This document shows, piece after piece, positions 11,044 to 20,529 of a DNA stretch of 64,000 nucleotides. Under the pieces are notes generated by a model that did not search any database, had not been told where the DNA came from, and worked only from the letters and a program-made list of their open reading frames with translations. The stretch is from the IMG/VR virus record IMGVR_UViG_3300037400_002261, positions 43,286 through 107,285 of that record. One strand, given 5' to 3'. A program made the position numbers and the translations under genes. Numbering within the stretch: position 1 is the first letter of the stretch; the number at the start of each line of letters is the position of its first letter. The stretch is from a virus (taxonomy: Duplodnaviria > Caudoviricetes).

Positions 11044-11820
11044 ATGGCATTTAAGTTAGATGATATTATTATTGATCGTATTTAGATGGCAATTGCTACT
11101 GATACTAATGATACTGAAATGTACTATGTTCTGACACAGCTTTCTGAGGCTAATATTGAGATTACTGCGGAGTCTAAAGAAGCTCGTGACAAAGACGGGA
11201 CACTGATTAAAAAGTTCTGGACGGGTAAGAGTGGTACGTTTACGGCTACTAATGCAATGATTAATCTGAATGTTATTGGTGAAGCTTCTGGTTCTAAGAA
11301 ACAGGCTCTTGCTGCTTCAGATCTTTTCCCAGCAATTAAGACTGGTAAGCCTGGTGAAGTTGTTGCAACTCCTTATCTGAGCGAAGGTACTCTTAAGGTT
11401 CACGTAATTGGTAATAATGGTACTATGGGTGATAATGTTACCTCTAAAGCTACTGCTACTGGTTATGGCACAGAAGGTGCAACTGTAACACTTCCGCAGG
11501 ATATTGAAGGTGCAACGAAGTTCGTTATGGAATATCAGAGAACTAATCCTAGCGCAGTTGTTATTAGAAATCAGGCCGACAAATTCCCTGGAACTGTTCG
11601 TCTTGTTATGAAGGTTCTGGCTATTGAGCCTTGCTCTCCTGATAAACTTCGTGCTGGTTATCTTGTTCTTCCGTCCTTCCAGGTTAGTCCTGAAGTAAAT
11701 GTTTCTCTGACTACTGATGCTACCCTTGATTATACTGGTGACCTTCAGGTTAATTATTGTGGTACTGAAAAGACTCTGTATGAGTTCTATTGGGCAGAGG
11801 ATGATATTGAGGAAGAGTAA
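11044..11820 (+). CDS. Major tail tube protein (258 aa)
   Basis: AAAGGAG RBS, ATG11044, one TAG (11083), high-expression codon bias, beta-rich sequence, followed by a terminator. Confidence 0.75.
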
Positions 11821-11847
11821 TTATTAAAATTATTCTAAATAAATATT

Positions 11848-11878
11848 GGTTGCCAGAGTAAAATCTGGCAACCTTTTT
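11848..11878 (+). terminator. Rho-independent terminator
   Basis: GGTTGCCAGA-gtaaaa-TCTGGCAACC followed by TTTTT. Confidence 0.85.
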
Positions 11879-11981
11879 ACTGTAACCAAATAACAATAGT
11901 TTCGTTTTATGAATTTGAAAATAATTGGATAATAGTCCGTTTATATAAATTAACTATATTCTAAAAAAGGAGGAAATATTT

Positions 11982-12401
11982 ATGAAGTATATTCCACACG
12001 AAAGAAAATGTTTAATATGTAGGGCATCTTATAGTTATTGCCCTCATTGTGCAGAATACTCAGACCAACCTTCGTGGAGAGCAGGTTTTGATACTGAATC
12101 ATGTAGATCTATTTATGATGTAATTAATAAATTTAGACTTCATATTTTGGATGCCAAGGATGCAAAAGCAATATTGGATACATGTGATCTTTCTGGTATA
12201 AATAATTTTGACCCAGTATATAAATCTGATATTGAAAATATTTTAAGTCAGGCTATTGTAACAGCAGATGTCATTGATGATGCGAAAGATGCAGAGATAG
12301 TCGAACCAGTAGAAGTAGAGGAAAAAGTTGTTAATGAAAAATCTTCTACTATTGAGCAAGCTGAAAGATTAATAGCTAATAAAAATAGAAAGAAAAAATA
12401 A
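11982..12401 (+). CDS. Hypothetical protein with N-terminal Cys motifs (CxxC...CxxC)
   Basis: Intact ORF with AAGGAGG RBS; 'RKCLIC...YSYCPHC'. Confidence 0.75.
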   Translation: MKYIPHERKCLICRASYSYCPHCAEYSDQPSWRAGFDTESCRSIYDVINKFRLHILDAKDAKAILDTCDLSGINNFDPVYKSDIENILSQAIVTADVIDDAKDAEIVEPVEVEEKVVNEKSSTIEQAERLIANKNRKKK

Positions 12402-12455
12402 TATTATGAATGTGATTAAAAAATACTATGCCGTAAATAGTTCGGCATTTTTATA

Positions 12456-12496
12456 AGGGGTTCAGACCACATTCACAGGTTTGAACCCCTTTTTTT
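12456..12496 (+). terminator. Rho-independent terminator whose loop is complementary to upstream RNA
   Basis: AGGGGTTCAGACC/GGTTTGAACCCCT stem followed by a T-run. Confidence 0.8.
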
Positions 12497-12608
12497 ACCA
12501 TTTTTTAATATTTCTATAAGTCTGTAACTATTTATTCAATTTCAACGGGCTTATTAAAAGTAATGATATTTTTATATTATTAAATATATAAAAGAAGGAG
12601 AATAACAT

Positions 12609-12833
12609 ATGAGAGATTTTTATAAAACAACTAGAAGCTGCATAGATAAATATAATGAAATATGTGATAAGGTAACAAATGGTTCTTAGGAGATATCAAA
12701 TGATGAAGATGAATATCTTACAAATTTTTGCCTATATCTTGCTCATGCATTAATTAAAGATACTGGTGAGGGACAATTAGCTCGTGAAGAACTTGAAAAA
12801 GTTGCGGATATTATAAATGATGTAATAAGATGA
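12609..12833 (+). CDS. Hypothetical protein (74 aa)
   Basis: AAGGAG RBS, ATG12609, one TAG, TGA stop. Confidence 0.6.
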
Positions 12834-12844
12834 GGGAAAGTAAT

Positions 12845-13123
12845 ATGGATAGAGTAGATTTGATACATTCGGATATTACTGGAAAAGATTATTACCCTAA
12901 AGATGTAGTAAGGTTAATTAATATTCGATAGATATGTAGTTATTTGCAGATGAATAAAAAGCCTGTTGATATATATGCTTCTATTGATTTCAAATCAAGT
13001 GATCCAGTTCTTGTGGTTTTATTTGATAGGGAAGATACTAAAGATGTATATAAGAGATGGTGTGAAAGCGAAAATTTATGGAAGGAAATACAAGATGAAA
13101 AAATCAATAGAGAAAATAAATAA
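12845..13123 (+). CDS. Hypothetical protein (92 aa)
   Basis: ATG12845 (MDRVDLIHSDITGKDYYP...), one TAG, TAA 13121-13123. Confidence 0.6.
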
Positions 13124-13349
13124 ATTATATGTGATATGTTCTATAGATTTATCTGGTAAGACAGTATATCTTAATTCACTTCATAACCATAAATGGGAAA
13201 TAACTCCAGATATTGAAAGAGCAAGTAAAACACTTTCAAGAAAAGTTGCAAATATGGTTCTTGAAGGATATTATCAAGATATGGGAAATGAAAGTGAATT
13301 TGTGATTATACCAATGGAAGTAGAATATAGATTAATAGATGAAAGTTAA
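13095..13349 (+). CDS. Hypothetical protein (84 aa)
   Basis: ATG13095 after GAAGGA; 3' part of track ORF 12966..13349. Confidence 0.55.
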   Translation: MKKSIEKINKLYVICSIDLSGKTVYLNSLHNHKWEITPDIERASKTLSRKVANMVLEGYYQDMGNESEFVIIPMEVEYRLIDES

Positions 13350-13374
13350 TTAATTATAGAAAGGAAGTGATTAG

Positions 13375-14379
13375 ATGGCTCGTAGCCGAGGAGTTTACAA
13401 CAGAATTTATAGTGACGAAAAATGGTTATAGGTTAATCCTGAAAATAAAGCCATAATGGATGACTTCCTCACAGAGTTGCGACAATAGAAAAAAAGTCCA
13501 AATACTATTGAAGCATATAGACATGATTTAAAATTAATATTTATAAAAATTCTTGAAGACTTTAATAATAAGTCAGTTTTAGAAATGACAAAGAAAGATT
13601 TTCGCCGTTTAAATATTTGGTTTGATGATTCTGGAATGTCTCCAGCGAGATGTAATAGGCTTCACTCTTCTATCAATTCAATGTTAACATTTTGCGAAGA
13701 AGATGATGATTATGATTATGAAGTTAATTATAGTAAGAAAGTGCGTGGAGTTCCTAACGAAAAAGTAAAAACAAATGATGATGATTTCTTCTTTACATTT
13801 GATGAATTTATTAAAACAAGGAATATTCTTGTAGAACAAGGTAGATTGTAGGATGCTGTGTTATGGTCTTTAATGTATGATTCTGGTGCGAGACGTAATG
13901 AAGTATATCAAGTAAAGAAACAAGGTCTTCTTGATGGTAACAAAACAAATATTGTTAGAGGTAAACGTGGAAAACAATTTCCACTTATTTATTTAAATGA
14001 TACGAAAGAACTTATTCGCCAATATCTTGAATGGCGTGGTGATGATGGAATTGATTCATTATGGATTAAAGGACATGGAGAAACTGCTTCTGAGATTGAT
14101 TGTTCTACATTATATGATCGTATTGTAAGTATTAGTAAAATACTTTCTGAGGTTCGTGGTGAAGAAGTTAATATTTTTCCGCATAGTTGCCGCCATAGTA
14201 GATTGCAAGCATTAAAAAAGGGATGGGATGACCGTCTTAAGGATGATGGAGGGAAAAATAAAGTATTTGAATTAGATCAAATATAGGCATTTGCACATCA
14301 TTCAGATTTAACAACTACTTCTGGGTATCTTAAAGATGAAACTGAAGACAAAATAAATGAAATGTTTGGAATTTCATAA
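13375..14379 (+). CDS. Tyrosine recombinase (XerC/D, integrase family; 334 aa)
   Basis: With TAG=Gln the full catalytic set is present: R (SGARRNE), K (GKRGK), HxxR (PHSCRH), H (FAHH), Y (TTSGY). TAGs at 13429, 13486, 13849, 14284. Confidence 0.9.
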
Positions 14380-14393
14380 AAGGAAGGTGACAT

Positions 14394-15365
14394 ATGAAAC
14401 GTGGAATAAAATTGATGATTGTATTAATGTTATTGATGTTGATATCTCCTGTTTGTGAAGCAAAAATTGTAATTAACAAGCAACCTAAATCTTAGTATTC
14501 TCGTATTTCTGGAGAAGTAACTTTTACTGTTGAAGCAACTGGTAAAAATTTAAAGTATCAATGGTATGTTAGTAAAGATAAAAAGAAGACTTGGAATAAG
14601 ATTAAATATCAAACATCTAGATCTATCATTATTAGATGTAAAAAATCAAATAGAGGATATTATTATCGTTGTCGTATGGTGGACACATCTGGTAGATATA
14701 AAACAACTAAACCAGTGCGAGTATATGTTACAGATATTGGTAAGAAATATTCATACTTAATTGATAAGAAAAGAGCTAAAAACCTTTTCTATCCGAAAGC
14801 TGCTGATGGTTATTGTTATGTGTATTGTCATGATAGAACCTATGAGCAGCAAGTGATTGATGCTATAAATATCATTAATAAAAAAATTGGAACTACTTTT
14901 ATATATACAAAAACGGGATGTATAGCAGATATTATCATATTCAACTTTTATGATTATTATGTGGAAGATAATATTTGGTTTAGAGAATTAGAGAGATATT
15001 ATATTTACATGGAAGGTTATGATTTAGCTGGAATTACTTTTAATGATGAAGGGATTCATTATCTTGTTGGATTAAACAGCAGTTATTTTGACTATATTAT
15101 GGATGATGCAATTCGTGGAGTAATTATACACGAACTAGGACATTGTATTGGAGTTGCACATTCAAATAATAGAAATGATATTATGTATTATATAAGTAAA
15201 TTTAATGATAAGATGTCAAAAAATGATATTAAAATGTTTAAAAAACAAAGAACAAAAATTAAGAATATTGGTTCTGTTAATGTTGTTTCTAAAAAATCTG
15301 GTATAACAGATAGTATTAGAAAAAGATGTTTGGATAATTATTAGAACTAGATTCGAGGTAGATAA
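14394..15365 (+). CDS. Secreted Ig-like domain plus matrixin-type (metzincin) zinc metalloprotease
   Basis: Signal peptide MKRGIKLMIVLMLLMLISPVCEA. Ig I-set-like 'KQP...VTFTVEATG..LKYQWY...YYYRC'. HELGHCIGVAH zinc motif with Met-turn 'DIMY'. Ends TAA 15363-15365. Confidence 0.82.
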
Positions 15366-15368
15366 TAT

Positions 15369-15806
15369 ATGGAATATAAATTTATATTGGATTAGGATTT
15401 GGTTGATGAATATAACAAAATATATTTTAAACAAAATCCTAGAGCCAAAAAACCGTTTTTAACTAAACCTCGTCATCCAACACTTAATGAATGGACAATA
15501 ATGAAAAGACCATATGCTAATGCTCTAAAATAGAAATGGAAAACATTCGGAGTATGGTGGTGTAAAAAATTAGGATATGATGGTTTGATGTTGGAAAAAG
15601 TAAAAGTAGATATTACTGTATATCAACCACATCACAGGCGTGGAGATATTGATAATTTTTGCACTCAGAAATTTCTTTGGGATGCGTTTACTGAAGCCAG
15701 ATTTTGGGTAGATGATGATTACACTCATGTTACTGAGATTACATCTAGAATGGGTTATGATAAAGATAATCCACGAACTGAAATAATTATTAAAACAGTT
15801 GATTAA
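15369..15806 (+). CDS. rusA: RusA-like Holliday junction resolvase
   Basis: 'RRGDIDN...K...DA......WVDDD...V...........PRTEI.I' RusA signature. ATG15369 is in frame with track ORF 15585..15806. Confidence 0.75.
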
Positions 15807-15834
15807 TCTAAATACTTCTTTGGAGGTGATTCTA

Positions 15835-16215
15835 TTGGGATATGTATATTATAATCCAAATCCAGCTGGAAAAATGGTTGGAGATTGTGTTATAAGAGCT
15901 ATTTCAAAAGTAGAAAACAAATCGTGGGAAGATGTCTTTGTTGAATTAATGACTACTGCATATAGTTTGTCGGACATGCCGTCTTCAAATTATGTAGTAG
16001 ATTAGTATTTAAAATCAAAAGGATTTGTTCATCGTAATCTTCCGAATACTTGTCCTGATTGTTATACGGTTAGAGATTTTGTTAATGAACATTAGGATAA
16101 ACCGTATATAGTTGCCACTGGATCTCATATGATTGGTGTAAATAAAAATATATATGATTCGTGGGATTCAAGTGATGAGATTGTAACTTATTATTATGAA
16201 AAGGAGGAATCTTAA
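15835..16215 (+). CDS. Cassette gene 1: small papain-like (C39-type) cysteine peptidase-like protein
   Basis: GGAGGTG RBS, TTG start. 'NPNP...VGDCVIRAI', 'GSHM' and 'YDSWDS' give a Cys-His-Asp order. Confidence 0.55.
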
Positions 16216-16216
16216 A

Positions 16217-16789
16217 ATGGATAATTTTTATGGATATCCAATTGGCTATCAACCAGTAAATCAAAATATTACATACCCAAATGTGCCTACAACTTATCGT
16301 GGTTGGCAAAATAGTACTACTGCTCTTCCATCTTATACTCCTAATACTCAGAATGTAAGTGGAAATATTATTTGGATTTAGGGCGGGTTGGCTGGAGCAA
16401 AAGCATATTCTAATCTTCAACCTGGAATTCCAGTTGCTCTTTGGGATTCTGATGAGAAGGTTATTTATATAAAATCTCTTGACCAAACTGGGAAACCAAG
16501 TATCACTATTATTGATTATACTGAGAGAGATTCTGACGAACAAGATAATAAGCAATCATCGGTTGAATATGCAACTAAAGATTAGATTAATGAATTAACA
16601 AAGTAGTTTAAGTCTTTTGGTGAAAAGTTGAACTCATTAAATAAGTATGTTACAAAAGATTAGTTTGATACTCTTAATGGACATCTTGATGACCTTAGTG
16701 GTCAAATTGAAGATATTGAAGATAGGATTACAAGTTTTGGCAAACCATAGCAAAACTCAAATTCTAATAATAGACGAGGTGGTAAATAA
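16217..16789 (+). CDS. Cassette gene 2: Y/P/Q/N-rich N-terminus, 'WIQG..GAKAY...LWDSD...YIKS.D..G.P' domain, coiled-coil tail
   Basis: AAGGAGG RBS. Track ORFs 16196..16381 and 16388..16585 are joined by TAG. Ends TAA 16787-16789. Confidence 0.75.
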
Positions 16790-17082
16790 TGCCTAATAAT
16801 TTGTTTAATAGATTTGGTAATATGAATTCAAATCAAAATTATGCAAATACTGGTAATAACATTATATCTCAATTAGCACAGTTACGGAGAAATCCTAGTG
16901 CTATTTTAGATATATTATTTTAGAATGGTAAAATAAATCAGTAGCAATACTCTGATTTACAACAATATAGAAATAATCCTGAAATGATTGGTAGATATTT
17001 GATTAATAATGGTAAAGCCAGTGAAATTAGTCAAGCACAACAAGTTGCTAATCAGATTGGAAATAATAGTAACTTTAGATAA
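16789..17082 (+). CDS. Cassette gene 3: N/Q-rich small helical protein (97 aa)
   Basis: ATG overlaps the upstream stop (TAATG), GAGGTGG RBS; 'NP......LFQNGKINQQQY'. Confidence 0.7.
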
Positions 17083-17197
17083 TAATTAAAATGCGAACAT
17101 AATATATTTAATTCTCCGTATCTGAGAAAAAGGAATAAATGGATAATAACATTATATAACTTTAAATTATTTTTATTCCAATAAGGAGGATATTATT

Positions 17198-17968
17198 ATG
17201 ATGAATTCAGAAGGTTTTAGTGCAGCTGATCTTGCGGCGGTAGTTGGAAATAATAATGATGGTTTTGGTAATGGTGGAAATGGAGCCTGGTGGTTACTTA
17301 TTCTTCTCCTCTTCGCAAATAATGGATGAGGAAATGGATGGGGTGGAAATAACGGTTCTGCTATGATGGGATATGCTACATAGCAAGATGTTTAGAACGG
17401 TTTTGATCAGGCAGCAGTTATGAGTGGCATTAATGGTATTAATAATGTCCTGAGCAATGGATTTGCAAATGCAGAAATATCTCGTGCCAATACTCTTGCA
17501 AGTATTACCAGTATGATGAATACCATTGCTATGAATCAGCAACAGGCTTCTTGTAATAATCAATTACAGGTTGCCAATCTTGGAGCGCAGATTGCTTCGG
17601 AAGCATGTGCTGACCGCCAGTCTGTAAATGATGGTGTTCGTGATATTATGGCTGCTAACACTGCTAATACTCAAGCTCTTCTTAATACTATTAATGGTGG
17701 AATTCAGTCTATTCAAGATAAATTATGCCAGCAAGAAATCAATGCACTTAAAACTCAGAATGAAAATCTTCAGACTCAACTCAATCTTGCAAATCTTCGT
17801 GGTTCTCAGGATGCTCAGACAGCGGCTATCTTAGCTAGTAATGAAGCGCAGACGGCTGCCATTGAAAGGTATCTTGCCCCGAATCCAGTTCCCGCATATA
17901 TCGTACCTCAGCCATTTGGGTGTAATTGCAACAATAATTATGGTTGCGGTTGTGGAATGAATGGTTGA
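17198..17968 (+). CDS. Cassette gene 4: Gly-rich hydrophobic N-terminus, long N/Q/A heptad region, Cys/Gly tail; one in-frame TGA at 17327
   Basis: AAGGAGG RBS, ATG17198 in frame with track ORF 17420..17968. Reads 'GGNGAWWLLILLLFANNG*GNGWGG' and ends 'GCNCNNNYGCGCGMNG'. Confidence 0.7.
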
Positions 17969-17983
17969 TTGGAGGTGGTGTAT

Positions 17984-18457
17984 ATGGCTGAATACTCAGC
18001 AAACACTGTACAGACAGTAAATCCAGGTGAAACTATAATTTTCACCGAATCTCCTGTTCCATGTACTCGTGGTTTTGTTCGTCATCGTGATGATACTGGA
18101 AATTTTCTTTTGAGCGGTTATGTACCGAATAGTTTTAATAGAGGATGTTGCTGTAATAGAAAAAATAGTGCTACTTATTTAGTTGATTTTGGAGCAAATA
18201 TAGCTATTCCTACTGGTGGTACTCCAGAAGCAATATCTGTTGCTATAACTATTGATGGCTCTACTATACCAGCCTCTACAATGATTGTGACTCCAGCTGC
18301 TGTTGAATAGTTTTTCAATGTATCTTGTGCAATTAATGCATAGATTTGGCGTGGATGCTGTGAGACAATCGCTATAAGAAATACGAGTGATTAGCCAATA
18401 TTAGTCCAGAATGCGAATGTGATTTTTTCGCGTCCTGACTTAAATGTTACACGGTAA
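17984..18457 (+). CDS. Cassette gene 5: all-beta protein, possibly BclA-C/C1q/TNF-like
   Basis: GGAGGTGG RBS; TAG read-through to TAA 18455-18457. 'QTV.PG..I.F...Y.V.FGANI...I.IDG' pattern with a CCC motif. Confidence 0.65.
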
Positions 18458-18465
18458 GGAGGGAA

Positions 18466-18894
18466 ATGGTAATGCAAGAGTTTGATAATATTAAAGATAT
18501 GGTTTATTGTGAACTTGATGAAATTTCTCGCCAAGGTAAAATGGATATGAACACTGTTAAAGTGCTCGGCGAGTTGACAGATATACTTAAAGATATCGGC
18601 AGTATAGAAATGTTCGAAGAAGGTATTAATATTCAGGAAGATGATTTTATGTAGACTAATGGATATAGTCGTAATGGCGGTTATTCATAGAGAAGAATGC
18701 CAGTTTATTATGATGGTAACAGTTATAACTCTCGTGGTATGAGTAATGGTGGCTATTCTCGCAGAAGTCGTGGTTATAGTTACGATGATAGTAAATCTCA
18801 TATGATCGAAAAGTTAAATCATCTTATGATGGAAGCTTCTGATCAATAGGATAAAGATGCTATTCAGCGTCTTATTGATTAGATGTAGAGATAA
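18466..18894 (+). CDS. Cassette gene 6: helical N-terminus with GYS/R-rich low-complexity region
   Basis: AAGGAGG RBS; 'NGYSRNGGYSQRR...NGGYSRRSRGYSYDD'. Ends TAA 18892-18894. Confidence 0.7.
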
Positions 18895-18943
18895 TAGATA
18901 TTGAGATGAATTAAATATATGGTTCGTATTTTGATTAATATAA

Positions 18944-18974
18944 GGGGAACAAGATTTTTTGTTCCCCATTTTTT
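18944..18974 (+). terminator. Rho-independent terminator closing the cassette
   Basis: GGGGAACAA/TTGTTCCCC stem followed by ATTTTTT. Confidence 0.8.
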
Positions 18975-19007
18975 ACGATTTATGATTTTGAAAAGGAGAA
19001 AAAGAAT

Positions 19008-19523
19008 ATGGAAAATAATAAAATCTCAGCAATAGAATATATAAATAATAATGAGTTACTCGAAGTAAGTTATATACCATTTGATCAAAAAATGCAAGTG
19101 GTTAGTGATGTTTTGTCTGAAGTTATTAATTCTGTGGGTGGATTAAATACTACTCTTTTGCGTAGAGTTTCTACTGAAGTCTTTATTGAAACTATTACTA
19201 ATATTGATATGGGAATTGTTGATGAAAATGGTTTAAGCGGTTTTGATCAATTGTGTTATTATAATCAACTTAATACACTTAAAACAGTTATTGGTAATGA
19301 ATATATTGAATTTGAAACTATTTTAAAAGAAAGAATATCTGACTATATTCGTATTGAAACAAATCCAGCTGTTACTATTAGTTCTATATATAATCAACTT
19401 AAAAATAATACGGATAAAGTTTTAGATTATGTTAGTAACCAAATTCAAAATTTAGATATTGATGATTTTGTTAATAGGATTTCAGAAACTGCTACTGCTT
19501 TGAACGGTGGTGGTGATGAATGA
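19008..19523 (+). CDS. Putative tail assembly chaperone
   Basis: Intact helical 171-aa ORF with AAAGGAG RBS, upstream of the tape measure gene. Confidence 0.5.
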   Translation: MENNKISAIEYINNNELLEVSYIPFDQKMQVVSDVLSEVINSVGGLNTTLLRRVSTEVFIETITNIDMGIVDENGLSGFDQLCYYNQLNTLKTVIGNEYIEFETILKERISDYIRIETNPAVTISSIYNQLKNNTDKVLDYVSNQIQNLDIDDFVNRISETATALNGGGDE

Positions 19524-19894
19524 AACCTAGTTCATTTTTAACTTTATATAATTCAAGAGTAAAGAATGATTCTTTGGATAGAGATAAAATTATTTCGACA
19601 ATTACAGAGTTGATAAAACCTGTTGATTATATACCGTATGATGATAAAGTCAAATTAGTAAGCACTACTATTTTGTAGTCAAAAGACTCAGACTATCCAA
19701 CAGCAACTCTTCATAGAAATTTTATTATTAATATAATTTCTGCTTATACTATTTTGGAAATGGATAAAGAAGGGTTTGACTTGTTAAGTAAAACTAAAAT
19801 GATTGATTTGATCTTATCATTGTTTTAGTCTGAGTTTACTATATGTGATAGCTTGTTGAATATGTGTCTTAATGACCTTGGAAAGAAGGTGTAA
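19520..19894 (+). CDS. Hypothetical protein, apparent paralog of 19008..19523
   Basis: ATGA overlap with the upstream gene. Shares YIP(F/Y)D.K, 'L.R.F/S..I..(Y/I)T', and 'GFD.L' motifs with it. Confidence 0.6.
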
Positions 19895-19895
19895 T

Positions 19896-20468
19896 ATGGC
19901 ATATACGAGTTTTTATTAGTTGATACAAGATATTAAACGTGATATTGGTAAAATTGGAAATAAGATAGCAAGGGGTGTTGCAGAAATTGCTCATGAAGAT
20001 ATGTGTGAGGCACACTCTTCTATTATTGAAAGTTATTATGGTGGCTATACTCCAGTTAGTAGTTATACTTACTATTATTATTCTCCAAGTGGAAAATTTT
20101 ATTCTGGTCGTTCTCATGGATATAGACGAACTGGAAATTTGAAAAATAGTATTATTCCACAGGGTGTAACAGGTAGTGGTCATTCTTTTACTGCACGAAT
20201 ACAAGTTGGTCCAATGTAGATGGATGGATATATTAATTCTACTGGGAGAGTTTTTCCAGCTGAAGGTGTTTTTGATTTGATTTGGGATCAAGGAATTCGT
20301 GGTTTACCAGAAGGTTATAGAGGGCATATAGGTAATGTAAGTATATCTGCTGCGCCAGTTGGAATTGGAATATCTGGAAAACCAGATGAAGCTATGAATG
20401 AATTTATGGATAATTGGTGGGCATAGCGTGGACAACAAATGGCTGATATGATTGCAGGAAGTGTATGA
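19896..20468 (+). CDS. HK97 gp10-like tail completion protein
   Basis: 'YRRTGNLKNSI' motif. Track ORFs 19920..20219 and 20220..20426 are joined by TAG. Ends TGA 20466-20468. Confidence 0.6.
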
Positions 20469-20469
20469 T

Positions 20470-20500
20470 GGGAAGTGCAATATTGTACTTCCTATTTTTT
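20470..20500 (+). terminator. Terminator-like hairpin before the tape measure gene
   Basis: GGAAGTGCAA/TTGTACTTCC stem followed by a T-run. Confidence 0.6.
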
Positions 20501-20529
20501 ACTTTTTATTATAAAAAGGGAGGTATAAT

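Noticed and set aside
11881-11910. ECF-sigma-like promoter TGTAAC-N16-CGTT as the phage late promoter
   Set aside because: Only one good instance plus a weak one near 12523; not enough to define a motif by eye.
12440-12500. Possible suppressor tRNA (GGTTCAGACC resembles a T-arm)
   Set aside because: No cloverleaf, D-arm or CTA anticodon loop; the sequence forms a terminator stem.
17095-17110. Sporulation sigma-factor -10 element (CATAATAT) upstream of cassette gene 4
   Set aside because: No matching -35 element, and the motif is likely by chance in such AT-rich DNA.
17327-17329. Genome-wide TGA=Trp reassignment
   Set aside because: TGA is the evident stop of several genes (8094, 10194, 10977, 12831, 17966, 20466), so the single internal TGA cannot reflect a general code change.
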